Positions 9,703 to 19,314 of a stretch of 64,000 bases of DNA are shown piece by piece. The DNA lies in IMG/VR virus record IMGVR_UViG_3300033121_000711, positions 28,713-92,712 of that record; one strand, given 5' to 3'. A program made the position numbers and the translations under genes. The stretch's first letter is position 1; the number at the start of each line of letters is the position of its first letter. The notes beneath the pieces are model-generated. The model saw only the letters and a program-made list of their open reading frames with translations. It was not told where the DNA came from and did no database searches. This DNA comes from a virus (taxonomy: Duplodnaviria > Caudoviricetes).

Positions 9703-10788
9703 TTAGAACGGATAGACGCCGCTACGAGTTGTTGTAGGTTCAGTAATATTACACTTACCAGAAACACTCACTTGTCCTTGCTTGAGATCGTGCCCAAGAT
9801 CTTCATAGCGGAAATCTTGGAGACGATAAATTTCCTTATCTATATCGCTGCAAGGTGGCGTATAGACGATAACAATATCTACAGCGTAAGGCTCGCAAAG
9901 ATCTGCCGAACTAGATATCCAGTCAGAAGCTTCGCCCCGCTTTTTCAGTGCATCTTCAATACTGGGAGCTTCACCTGTGTCAGCACGAAGGAAGACCCAA
10001 GTGAAATCAAGTTTCACTTCAACAGGCTCTTCGTCTCCAAGCTTAACAGTATCGAGTGTGCCTCGATCTTTTGTATACTGTATCGATCGCTTCTCGGTCC
10101 ATTGGACATTGCCTTCACCAACACGGATATGTAATTGATTTGGCAACCAATGGATCGTAGCATCATCAGCAACAGTATCACCTAACGCAGGCGTGAAAGT
10201 AATACTTGTAGTATTACTTAGCGTTTCACTGTGTGCTGTCACAGTGTGTGCAACGCCAGGATCGCCATCAACCCAGAAACGATCGCCAGTAACAACAGCC
10301 CCTGTAGAGCCGTCCACCAGCATAGTCGTTGTAGCCGCAGCATAGTCAAGTGATGCTGTGCTAACAGTAGGAAAGGCACCAGATCCGGGAGCAGCGATAG
10401 ACATATCGTATGTCAGGGTTGTGATTCCCGAAGCATACAATGTTTGAGTACCTGCTCCACCACCATCTGTGCTAATATAGAGCTTACGACTAACTGCACC
10501 TGTAGGTAGTGCAGGGAAAGTTACACGCGGAATGTTACCGGAAGAGACAACAATACCGCTAGTAGCTGAACTCCTAAGAGTTTCACCGTAAGCTGTGACA
10601 AGTGTGTAAGAGATAAGGTATGTGCCCGCAGCCAGCGATCCACCACTAGCCCCACCACCAGTTGCTGAAACTGTTGGTGCAGATGTTGGATCTGCGAGCT
10701 TATGATTGACTAATGTTGTGCCTGTAACAGAACCGTCGTGTCCATCTTCAATATAGATGTCACAGTTTTTAAGATCAAGTTGAGCCAC
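9703..10788 (-). CDS. Tail tube protein paralog 2 with extra FN3/Ig-like insertion
   Basis: N- and C-termini nearly identical to 10799..11539; about 110 aa extra insert (GGSLAAGTYLISYT...RKLYIS). Confidence 0.7.
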   Translation of the reverse strand: MAQLDLKNCDIYIEDGHDGSVTGTTLVNHKLADPTSAPTVSATGGGASGGSLAAGTYLISYTLVTAYGETLRSSATSGIVVSSGNIPRVTFPALPTGAVSRKLYISTDGGGAGTQTLYASGITTLTYDMSIAAPGSGAFPTVSTASLDYAAATTTMLVDGSTGAVVTGDRFWVDGDPGVAHTVTAHSETLSNTTSITFTPALGDTVADDATIHWLPNQLHIRVGEGNVQWTEKRSIQYTKDRGTLDTVKLGDEEPVEVKLDFTWVFLRADTGEAPSIEDALKKRGEASDWISSSADLCEPYAVDIVIVYTPPCSDIDKEIYRLQDFRYEDLGHDLKQGQVSVSGKCNITEPTTTRSGVYPF

Positions 10789-10798
10789 TTAATGCTCC

Positions 10799-11539
10799 TT
10801 AGGATGGGTAAGTTGCAGCTCGTGTTGTGGTCGGCTCTGTGATATTGCACTTACCGGAAACGCTCACTTGACCCTGCTTAAGATCATGGCCAAGGTCTTC
10901 GTAACGGAAGTCTTGGAGACGATAAATTTCCTTATCAACGTTGTCGCAAGGCGGCGTGTATACCACCACGATATCAACTGCATAAGGCTCGCAAGGATCT
11001 GCCGAACTAGAGACCCAGGCAGAAGCCTCACCACGTTTCTTGAGAACGTCTTCAATACTCGGAGTCTCGCCAGTATCGGCCTTTAAGAAGACCCAAGTGA
11101 AATCAAGTTTCACTTCCACTGGTTCTTCATCGCCAAGCTTAACAGTGTCAAGAGTTCCACGATCCTTTGTATATTGGATCGAACGCTTCTCGGTCCACTG
11201 CATATTACCTTCACCAACTTTGATTTGCAGTTGGTGACTTAAGAAAGTAATAGCAGCATCATCGACAACACTAGCTCCAAGAGCCGGAGTAAAAGTAATA
11301 CTCGTAGTATTACCTAATGTCGCAGATGAGGATGTGATTGTGTGAACCAACCCGGTGGTGTCTCCAGCAACAGTGAACCTGTCACCAACAGTGACAGTTC
11401 CAGTACTACCGTCAACAGCCATTGTGGCCACGCCGCTAGCGTATCCAGCACCGTTATTCACTAGCATTGAGCCAGTGATTGTACCATCGTAACCATCTTC
11501 AATGTAAATATCGCAATTTTTCAGATCGATCTGTGCCAT
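10799..11539 (-). CDS. Tail tube (major tail) protein paralog 1
   Basis: Between the tail terminator-like gene and the chaperone; beta-rich, Thr/Gly/Asp-rich. Confidence 0.7.
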   Translation of the reverse strand: MAQIDLKNCDIYIEDGYDGTITGSMLVNNGAGYASGVATMAVDGSTGTVTVGDRFTVAGDTTGLVHTITSSSATLGNTTSITFTPALGASVVDDAAITFLSHQLQIKVGEGNMQWTEKRSIQYTKDRGTLDTVKLGDEEPVEVKLDFTWVFLKADTGETPSIEDVLKKRGEASAWVSSSADPCEPYAVDIVVVYTPPCDNVDKEIYRLQDFRYEDLGHDLKQGQVSVSGKCNITEPTTTRAATYPS

Positions 11540-11542
11540 CTG

Positions 11543-12016
11543 TTACACCTCTAAGTACATGCAATAACTGGCTTGCACCATTGATTGCATCTCTTTGACG
11601 TCTGGATTAACTTGACCTAAATGGTCAACTTGTGGGCTAGGATTATCTTTATCGGTGATTATTTGCATACACCCTAACATGGATTCATCATCGTCCACAC
11701 CTGTACCAAATTTATACATTTTGATGGCTTTTTCAAAAGCAGCCATCATAATACCGACGTTGGTATGTAAGGTGTGTATACTATTATCGTTCCTTTTATG
11801 CACTACTAAGATATTGATTGTGACTTGAATTTCCCACCAATTTTTACTTCTTTCCCATAAGTACGGACCATTTAATCTGAACTCGAAATAATCTGAAAGG
11901 TCCGCAGTTTTTGCATCATCGCCTTCAATGAAGAGAGTGATTCCTTCTCTTTTTGAATCAAAATGCTTTGTGAATGATGCAAAAATCCATCGAGCCCAGT
12001 TTTTATCTACGGCCAT
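11543..12016 (-). CDS. Putative tail terminator/completion protein
   Basis: Size and synteny only. Confidence 0.45.
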   Translation of the reverse strand: MAVDKNWARWIFASFTKHFDSKREGITLFIEGDDAKTADLSDYFEFRLNGPYLWERSKNWWEIQVTINILVVHKRNDNSIHTLHTNVGIMMAAFEKAIKMYKFGTGVDDDESMLGCMQIITDKDNPSPQVDHLGQVNPDVKEMQSMVQASYCMYLEV

Positions 12017-12505
12017 TTAAAGTTCTCCTATTCCTGATTGTGAGAGTCTCAGGGTCTGGTGAACTATGGCTTCATGAACTTCGTTCGGTATAGAGCCTCT
12101 AAGGTGATTTACGAGAAGTTGATAGCCAAGATCTTGTTCTATAAGCTCTATTTTAACAATTTCAAATTTCTTATGTTGATACACGAAGTAATCATCCTGC
12201 CGGATTTCAAATCCGGCAGGAAGATCATTACCATCTATTAAAACGTGCTTAAGATCCTGATCTTGAAAACCACCGTAAGAAAATTCTCTGGCAGATTTTA
12301 AAAGAGCTGAACCGTAGAAGCCTAAAGATTCAGCTTTAAAAGGTATAACGACACATCGATCAATAGCGTATTTGACTCGGGTAATGGATTTACTACCCGA
12401 TTCTAAATTTGTTGTGCCAGGAGTTATTCTATAGAGTGCTCCGGAATATCCAAAATCCATTTTTAATTGATATAAAACTCGGCGTAACAAGACCAGGTTA
12501 TTCAT
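12017..12505 (-). CDS. Putative head closure/stopper protein
   Basis: Synteny; beta-rich; ends in a QTLRLSQ motif. Confidence 0.45.
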   Translation of the reverse strand: MNNLVLLRRVLYQLKMDFGYSGALYRITPGTTNLESGSKSITRVKYAIDRCVVIPFKAESLGFYGSALLKSAREFSYGGFQDQDLKHVLIDGNDLPAGFEIRQDDYFVYQHKKFEIVKIELIEQDLGYQLLVNHLRGSIPNEVHEAIVHQTLRLSQSGIGEL

Positions 12506-12506
12506 T

Positions 12507-12812
12507 TTAAGCCTCGTCTTTTGTTAATATTTGATTATTTTTTTCGACTAATACTAAAATTTTTTCACTTGTAGCTTCAAGAGCTTCAAGCTTTGCATTC
12601 TTAATATCCAGGATTTTAGAAACTCTTTTAAGAACTCTGGCATTTATCTTGTTTGTTTTCTTGCTCTCTTCAACCATCTCGATATGGCTTTTAGCAATAG
12701 GCTTCACTATTTCTTTAGCGAGCCAGACAAGAGTCAACCAGAAACCGGCACCTAAAAGTCCAGTGCCGACTATAGGAGCTCCAACACGTTCAACTGCTGA
12801 CCAAAAGTCCAT
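12507..12812 (-). CDS. Membrane protein (holin-like candidate)
   Basis: One N-terminal TM segment followed by a coiled coil. Confidence 0.4.
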   Translation of the reverse strand: MDFWSAVERVGAPIVGTGLLGAGFWLTLVWLAKEIVKPIAKSHIEMVEESKKTNKINARVLKRVSKILDIKNAKLEALEATSEKILVLVEKNNQILTKDEA

Positions 12813-12829
12813 AATTAACTCCTGGCTTC

Positions 12830-12866
12830 AAAAACCAGGGAGCCATCTAGTAGATGGCTCCCTGGA
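12830..12866 (-). terminator. Intrinsic terminator after major capsid gene
   Basis: CCAGGGAGCCATCTA-C-TAGATGGCTCCCTGG followed by TTTTT on the minus strand. Confidence 0.8.
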
Positions 12867-12872
12867 AAGAAA

Positions 12873-14273
12873 TTAACCAAGGAGCACAGCCCCAAGATTC
12901 GTGTCCAGCACCTTGACACCCATGAGCATGTCAAGAGTAACCAAGTGACCCTGCGAAGAACCATTATAAGTAATGGTCGCACGCATGGAAAGGCCATTGT
13001 TATTGATGACAGCAGAAGCCGCACCAACACCTGCTCGGGGCATGTTGAGAGGACGGACCACCAGAGCAACAGCGTCTCGGTGGAAAGCAAAGTTATACTG
13101 GCCAGCCGGACCGATATTCACAGGAGCATCGTCAGCAATAGCAGCTTCCAGAGCACGATCCAGGAGGAGGCTAGTTGTAGTAGCTTCCATGACCGTGTAA
13201 ATGGCAGCCGAGCCAGAAGCTCCGAAAGACACGATCTGGCCAGTCTTAGGAGCAACCGTGAAGCCGTCAATAACGATCGGCTTTGTCCAACCAGCAGCGT
13301 AACCAGCTCCTAAGTTAACGGCACCCGGAGTGTAGAAAGTGATAACAGCATCGTTAACAACAGCTGCACCCAACGGATAACGGAGAGTAATACTGGTTGT
13401 ATTGCTCAGCGTTTCGCTATGAGCCGTAACCTGATTGGGGCGATCATCGCCAGCAATCTTGAGCCATGTCCCAGTCGCGATAGCACCAGTGATACCGTCA
13501 ACAGTCAGAGCACTTGTCGTGCCCTTAGCATAGCCGGAGCTATTGTTGATAGCACCAGTGCTCGTCGTGTTACCAGTAGCAATATCTGCCATATTCTGGC
13601 ACATATAGTTACTGAAGCCAAACTTACGGCCGAGGAAAGCCTCAGCCTGAGCTGTACCATCGTCACCAGTGTCCTGAGCATTCGTGAACTCAGACAGGCT
13701 AAGGGCGATGGTTTCGCCGCTTGGGCACCAAATCAGGTTACGCCCTTCAGGGTAAGCCTTATTGATGTTCATGATGTTACGAGTGTTAAGGATACGATCC
13801 TTAACATTGGAGCTCGAAAGACCACCAAGCGAGCCGTAAGTATTAGCCAGGAACTGACTGTACTGGCCAAGCACGACCTTATCAACGAATCGAGCCTGAG
13901 CCAGAACGGCTGGCTTAAGATAGATTTCGACCAGATCCTTGAAAGCGTAAGATTCTTCGCCGTCCATGATCATGAACGAAACGTGAACGTGCTGATCGAG
14001 CTTGACCTGCACGTCAGTGCTGGTAGCGTCCTGAACGGTAACGCTATCAGTAGTAACCTTACGCTTTGCACTGAACTCACCAGGGCGGCGAGTATGAACG
14101 ATATCGCCAAACTTAGCGAACTCGTCCCTGAAATCTCGATGCACAAGGTTGGCAACAACCATGTGCTCTTCGAGAATAACCAAAGACTCGTTAGCCCACA
14201 TTTCTGGGATAAGAGCATCGACATCGTTCGAGTAAACGTTGATGACAGCATTAGCAAGAATGAACGTATTCAT
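12873..14273 (-). CDS. Major capsid protein (P22 coat/gp5-like) with inserted decoration domains
   Basis: IPEMWA.E.L..L, V.RDF..E.AK.GD.V, C-terminal NFAFHRDA..LV.RPL and D.LMGVK.LD motifs; downstream of scaffold. Confidence 0.85.
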   Translation of the reverse strand: MNTFILANAVINVYSNDVDALIPEMWANESLVILEEHMVVANLVHRDFRDEFAKFGDIVHTRRPGEFSAKRKVTTDSVTVQDATSTDVQVKLDQHVHVSFMIMDGEESYAFKDLVEIYLKPAVLAQARFVDKVVLGQYSQFLANTYGSLGGLSSSNVKDRILNTRNIMNINKAYPEGRNLIWCPSGETIALSLSEFTNAQDTGDDGTAQAEAFLGRKFGFSNYMCQNMADIATGNTTSTGAINNSSGYAKGTTSALTVDGITGAIATGTWLKIAGDDRPNQVTAHSETLSNTTSITLRYPLGAAVVNDAVITFYTPGAVNLGAGYAAGWTKPIVIDGFTVAPKTGQIVSFGASGSAAIYTVMEATTTSLLLDRALEAAIADDAPVNIGPAGQYNFAFHRDAVALVVRPLNMPRAGVGAASAVINNNGLSMRATITYNGSSQGHLVTLDMLMGVKVLDTNLGAVLLG

Positions 14274-14282
14274 TTTAAATTT

Positions 14283-15113
14283 TTACCCTTTACGTCCAAG
14301 ACCCATCTCCTTACGCATTTTTCGCCATTGCTCAGGAGTTGCAGTCTTAGGATCAATTGTTCGTCCACCAGCACCACGATTGCCAGAAGCTCCAATGCCT
14401 CCAGCAACACCGGACTTGAATAGATTGCCGTATTCATCGGCTCTATCCTTCATCCGCTTAAGAGCCTCTTGGATTGTGAGATCCAGAGTAACAGGCTTTC
14501 CTTCCTTATCAGTATCGTTAAAGCGAACTTTAGCGACAAACTCATCAGGAACTGGATTGCCTTCAGAATCTAACACCTCGACTAAGCGAGTATTACCTTT
14601 TAGAATGGTAACAATTTGAGTAGGGTTGAAAGCTTCAGCCCTAACAGCCTCGTCCATAATGGAGCGAGTAATGGTTGCACTGACGAATCGATTCTGCCAA
14701 GAATCTCGCTCGCCAGAGACTTTTTCAAGGATGCTCTTATGCTCATTCCTGAGCTTTTCTTGCTCTTTACGAGCAAGCTCTTCTTTAGTAAGAAGCGAGT
14801 TATTTAACTCTTCGATACGTCCTTGGAGTTCGGTCTTTTCCTTATCGGAAAGGCCTTTAGATTTCTTGAACCTTTCAAGCTCTGCGACAGTGACTTCAAC
14901 TTGTTTTTGATGTTTTCGGCGATCCTCTGCCAACATCTTATTTACTTGTTCTTGTGTAAATACTTTATTCCTATCTTCTTTTTTCTCTTCCTTCTTTTCG
15001 CTATCATCATTCAGGCCTTCATTGTTCTGGCCTTCATTGTTCTGGCCTTCCTCACCATCATAGACAAGGATCCAAGAAGCCGAGAGCTCGAAATTAGAAT
15101 ACCGCATAATCAA
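14283..15113 (-). CDS. Capsid scaffolding protein
   Basis: FTQEQVN motif, long coiled coil, NLFKS..GG C-terminus; directly upstream of MCP. Confidence 0.75.
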   Translation of the reverse strand: MIMRYSNFELSASWILVYDGEEGQNNEGQNNEGLNDDSEKKEEKKEDRNKVFTQEQVNKMLAEDRRKHQKQVEVTVAELERFKKSKGLSDKEKTELQGRIEELNNSLLTKEELARKEQEKLRNEHKSILEKVSGERDSWQNRFVSATITRSIMDEAVRAEAFNPTQIVTILKGNTRLVEVLDSEGNPVPDEFVAKVRFNDTDKEGKPVTLDLTIQEALKRMKDRADEYGNLFKSGVAGGIGASGNRGAGGRTIDPKTATPEQWRKMRKEMGLGRKG

Positions 15114-15155
15114 TCCTTTAACCCGTGACTGTTAATTGATTTGCAAAGCTCACGG

Positions 15156-16010
15156 TTACTTTGCACGCAGCAAATTAAAATAAATTTGATCTGCGTCGTT
15201 GTAGAAACTCAACCACAAGGCACCAGTAGGCTTTGGCGGCTTGCCTGTTTCAATATGCCAACCGCCAAAGCCGTCACTGTACTCGTCTTTATAGGTAGGA
15301 ACTTGAACGTGTATTTGTTCATCATCATAATGATTATGATTACTGTCTATTCGAGTCCTACTAATTGGAACAATCCACTCGTCATGCGTATGACCAGATA
15401 ACACGATTTGAGCATCTGGTAAATATACAGCTTTTCTATTAGATTGTATAACACCTCTAGTTACTGGGCCACCGCCACCATAACCGTGTATATACCACAA
15501 TCTTATATGTTGCGTCTTTTTTGTTTTAATATTATGGAACTCAAAAACTATCCAACCGGAATAGCCTCCGTTATAGATTTTTGAGTTTGTTTCTCTATTA
15601 AGTTCTTTAACTAGATTACTGGTTAAATTAACTTCGTGCTTTTTCAAAATCGATGTTTCATGATTACCCATACCAATCATTATAAATTGTTTGGCATAAG
15701 GTTTGAACCATGTCGTTGCGGTTTTAACTAAAGAGTCTAAATAATCATCAACTTGATGTATGGATCTTATTGATGCCTTATTTGCTCTTTTATCGAACTT
15801 GCCTTGCATGGCACAGAAGAAATCACCAATATCTATGACACCTGCCCCATACCTTTTAGCTTGATCTAAATGCTTTTTCTGCTTTATCCAATCAGATCTT
15901 GGGTTATCCCAATGCCTATCACCTGTTAGTAAAAATCTTTGATCAAGCTCATTTTTATAGTCAACGCGAACTATTGAAATATTTCGTTCTCGTTGGCTTA
16001 CTTTGTACAC
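15156..16010 (-). CDS. Calcineurin-like metallophosphoesterase
   Basis: GDRH, IGD, GNHE, HG, GHTH motifs; probable GTG start at 16010. Confidence 0.8.
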   Translation of the reverse strand: MYKVSQRERNISIVRVDYKNELDQRFLLTGDRHWDNPRSDWIKQKKHLDQAKRYGAGVIDIGDFFCAMQGKFDKRANKASIRSIHQVDDYLDSLVKTATTWFKPYAKQFIMIGMGNHETSILKKHEVNLTSNLVKELNRETNSKIYNGGYSGWIVFEFHNIKTKKTQHIRLWYIHGYGGGGPVTRGVIQSNRKAVYLPDAQIVLSGHTHDEWIVPISRTRIDSNHNHYDDEQIHVQVPTYKDEYSDGFGGWHIETGKPPKPTGALWLSFYNDADQIYFNLLRAK

Positions 16011-16831
16011 TACAACCTCGTAAATGAAATCTCTTGCGGATCTCGTACATAAGGTCTTATATAATTCCAAGCTGAAGCACTGGGTATCCCAGCTCTCATA
16101 TGTTCCGGTATATACTCTCTATTGTAATTTGTCGTTACTGATGAATATTTATGGCTTTGATGTGATAAATTATCGGCTTCAATATCTGGATCCCAACCAT
16201 CTAATAGTCTATCTGCTATTATGTATGTGGCAAATTTAATATCATCAGGAACATTTACATCTGTCGTTGTTGTCACTTCACTTGTGATAGGGTCTGTGTA
16301 AGTATTTTTCCTGGGGAATTGTAGTACTTGTAAGCTACTGGCTTTTTCTCCGGAAAAATTTAACCTATCAATTATTCTTGTAGCGTCTACTAACGCTTTA
16401 CTTTTATTGTCTACGCTACTAGCTTTCCACTTTTTGCCTTTTAGCGAATTACTAAAAAATACATCACCACCATTGACGTTCCCATAATAACTGAAGCTAA
16501 TAGCATCATCTGGCAAAGTTGAATCGCTTGCCACAACCAAGAAGGTATCGCCGAAGGCTTCCGTCGTAACAGAAGACTTATAGCGAGTGCGAATAACGTC
16601 GCCAGGATTATTAAGTAGTGCTGAACTGATTGAAGCGTAGTAGCGGCCGTATGATACAGCTGTAAGTGTTGTAATACCACTCGGGTTAAAAGCTTCACCA
16701 TTTATGCTGTACTCGGGTTGGCCACCAGCTTCAGAAAGAGCAGGACTTACTAAGTCAAGTAGCCTAACATCAAAGTAGGCTCGCAGTAACTCAGTATCTG
16801 TCTCTCCTACTTTGATGTTTCGGATTGCCAT
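16010..16831 (-). CDS. Head-tail adaptor-like protein (DnaT-like domain)
   Basis: KALVDATRIIDRLNF.G.K....Q.LQFPR and VP.DIK.A motifs. Confidence 0.6.
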   Translation of the reverse strand: MAIRNIKVGETDTELLRAYFDVRLLDLVSPALSEAGGQPEYSINGEAFNPSGITTLTAVSYGRYYASISSALLNNPGDVIRTRYKSSVTTEAFGDTFLVVASDSTLPDDAISFSYYGNVNGGDVFFSNSLKGKKWKASSVDNKSKALVDATRIIDRLNFSGEKASSLQVLQFPRKNTYTDPITSEVTTTTDVNVPDDIKFATYIIADRLLDGWDPDIEADNLSHQSHKYSSVTTNYNREYIPEHMRAGIPSASAWNYIRPYVRDPQEISFTRL

Positions 16832-16832
16832 A

Positions 16833-17024
16833 TCATTCCTTGTATATTAATGATCTTACTGCACAATCTTTGGCTTCGAGTAGTTTGCGTAAAGCTACCG
16901 TACTTTCTGCGTTATGTGGTAAATTCTGGCATAAAGTATAAGCCATTACCTTAAAATGTGTTGCCACTTCTTTAAGATTATATGGAAGATGATCGCATTC
17001 AAAAAATTGTAATAGACGCTGCAT
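16833..17024 (-). CDS. Small helical hairpin protein, possibly Acb2/Tad1-hairpin related
   Basis: LQFF..DHLP...LP.N.E.TVALRKLLEAKDCAVR pattern. Confidence 0.4.
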   Translation of the reverse strand: MQRLLQFFECDHLPYNLKEVATHFKVMAYTLCQNLPHNAESTVALRKLLEAKDCAVRSLIYKE

Positions 17025-17599
17025 TATGCACTCGTTTGAGTTAAAGTAACAGTGACGTTAAGAGTATCGCCATTAACAACAGCTCGCGAAGATCCGAAAT
17101 CTCCACCACCATAAAGCGTGCCAGTTGTGCCGCCCTTGGTGTTGTTATCGGCTAAAAAGCAACCATAAACAGTCGAACTGCCATTGATATTGAAAACAGC
17201 TTTGCTAGCTGAATTATCAACAGCTCCTGAAGAAATAGATCCGGGTGTAAATGTCGGCCTATTGGAATCGGAGTATGGCGTAATTTCTGACCAGCCACTA
17301 TGAGTACCCATAGTGTCTGCGGCAATCATTGAGCCTGTACCTTTTAGTCCAACATACCAAGCAGGGCTAGCAAGACCTGTCTTAAAAGTCGCATCAAGCA
17401 ACTTATTAAGTCCAGCAGTCACAACAATATTGTAAAAATGATCTTTCCAGCGTAGCTTAGGAGTCTCACGCTTCTTACCGTTTTTATGGTAATTACTCCA
17501 GCACTCGACATCGTAACGTGTGCTAGAGAGAACTTTAAATTCGTTAGGAACGCCTGGACGATCAACTAAATTTAAGCAGTTTGAAACAATCTGATTCAT
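17024..17599 (-). CDS. Virion structural protein (paralog of 3098..3649)
   Basis: WYVGL...DTMGTHSGWSE..Y..SNR...NNTKGGTTG.L. Confidence 0.65.
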   Translation of the reverse strand: MNQIVSNCLNLVDRPGVPNEFKVLSSTRYDVECWSNYHKNGKKRETPKLRWKDHFYNIVVTAGLNKLLDATFKTGLASPAWYVGLKGTGSMIAADTMGTHSGWSEITPYSDSNRPTFTPGSISSGAVDNSASKAVFNINGSSTVYGCFLADNNTKGGTTGTLYGGGDFGSSRAVVNGDTLNVTVTLTQTSA

Positions 17600-19302
17600 C
17601 TTTTAATTCCTTCAAATTCTAAGGTAACGTCTACACGTTCACCTTTTGGTTGCCAACGTGCCGCATGAACAAATTCAAAAGGATTATTGGTAAGGTAGAC
17701 GAACCAGGTTTCACCCTTCCAATTACGCAATGTTATTAACTCGCTTGAATGCTCTTCTAAAAACTTTCTCAATTCTATGGCTTTATAAGTACCTAGATTG
17801 AAACTGTATTTTAGTTTTTGCGTGGTTGTTTTCTTTACGTAGGTGAATGTGTCTCCCGTCATTGTTTTCTTAAGATTCAATTCACCTGTATAATTTTGAG
17901 TGTCCCCGAATAAAGGACAGGGTAGTATAATAGATTTTGCTGGGGTTCCTAAAATCACCATACATTTAGTAGGTATCAAAACAACGTCTACTAAAGGTTG
18001 ATTATATTGGAACTGTCCATTAGATCCTAAAATCGGTGCACTAACTTGTCGTGGCACGTTAAATACTAAAGTTTGTGCAACGCTTAAATTATATGTAGCC
18101 TGTCTTCCAACAGACTGTGTAAGATTTAGAGTTTGCGTTACGCTACAATTTATAACTTTCACGCAGGTCGCAGTTTGAGACAAATTCAACGTGTGCGTTG
18201 CAGCTCTAAATCCTATAGCCTCTTGTGTTAGGCTTATAGTTTGACTTACAGTTTTATTGATAATTTTTTGGACAGTCGCCGATTGAGTAAGTGCTAAAGA
18301 GTGTGTTGCTATACCTGTAGTCTTACTCAGTGTTGCTTCTTGAGTTAATTCTAAGCTTTGAGTGACTGTTCTATTAAAGACTCCACTACAACTTGCACTA
18401 AATCCACTTACACCTTCAGGTGTTTGTGATTTGTTGGAATCCATCTCAAAACTAGATGCAAAACTTGCAATAGCTGTAGTGACATATAAAATATCGTAAT
18501 AATTTTCAACATTTACAAACCCTACGCTTGTTAATGTTAAAGAATCTACTGTTTCTATAAGATTCGACCTAGCGATATCAGCTACACCTGCAATAGTTAA
18601 AGTAATACCGCCAGTATAAATATTGCTAGTAGTAAAATCACTAATGCCGTCAATAGTTAAAAGCAGATTTTGAAATCTTACTTCAGTCTGTGTAATATCT
18701 GAAACACCATCAATACTGACAGGATCTTCAGTATAACTAAATCCAGGCAATTGGCTTACACTTGAAGATCCTAAAATTTCAAACTGATTATAAAGTAATT
18801 GCCCACTCAGAACGGTGAAATTACTTAATCCAGCTATACTTAATGTCGGTCTATGATCTAATAATGCAGTTTCAGTGATATTGCTTACACTTGAAATACT
18901 TAAAGTATGGCCGAAAGATCCTATGTTAGCTATTGTTACATCTGCTACAGAGTCTATGCTTAAATCTCTGTCATAATTATTACCATCAACTTCTGTCAAT
19001 ATTGAGCCTATACCAGCTATAGTTAGCGTCTCTGGGTAAGAAGCTCCAGCTAATATAGTGAAATCGCTTATACCATCAATCGACAGCGTTTTATCGTAAG
19101 GTATACCGCCAGAAAAAGTAAAATTACTTACACCTGCGGTTGTTATAGTTGGATTGTATATGCTTCCAGCTGTACTTTGATCTATTGCAGATGTTCCGCC
19201 GATTGTGAGATCGCGTTCAAAAACTGTGCCTGAAGTAGCTGTCATACCTGGCTGCATATTTCCAGGCATTGAACTACTTGTGCCAAGTACAGATGTTAGC
19301 AT
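17596..19302 (-). CDS. Fibre-like virion protein with LxIxGxS and QxLxLTQ repeats and a C-terminal distal-tail-like domain
   Basis: Two internal repeat types; C-terminus resembles 1881..2249. Confidence 0.55.
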   Translation of the reverse strand: MLTSVLGTSSSMPGNMQPGMTATSGTVFERDLTIGGTSAIDQSTAGSIYNPTITTAGVSNFTFSGGIPYDKTLSIDGISDFTILAGASYPETLTIAGIGSILTEVDGNNYDRDLSIDSVADVTIANIGSFGHTLSISSVSNITETALLDHRPTLSIAGLSNFTVLSGQLLYNQFEILGSSSVSQLPGFSYTEDPVSIDGVSDITQTEVRFQNLLLTIDGISDFTTSNIYTGGITLTIAGVADIARSNLIETVDSLTLTSVGFVNVENYYDILYVTTAIASFASSFEMDSNKSQTPEGVSGFSASCSGVFNRTVTQSLELTQEATLSKTTGIATHSLALTQSATVQKIINKTVSQTISLTQEAIGFRAATHTLNLSQTATCVKVINCSVTQTLNLTQSVGRQATYNLSVAQTLVFNVPRQVSAPILGSNGQFQYNQPLVDVVLIPTKCMVILGTPAKSIILPCPLFGDTQNYTGELNLKKTMTGDTFTYVKKTTTQKLKYSFNLGTYKAIELRKFLEEHSSELITLRNWKGETWFVYLTNNPFEFVHAARWQPKGERVDVTLEFEGIKR

Positions 19303-19314
19303 TTAAGGCTCCAT

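Noticed and set aside
12945-14423. Plus-strand ORFs opposite the capsid gene (and similar antisense ORFs, e.g. 33288..33875, 62627..63397)
   Set aside because: Antisense shadows of real or repetitive coding sequence, with no motifs.
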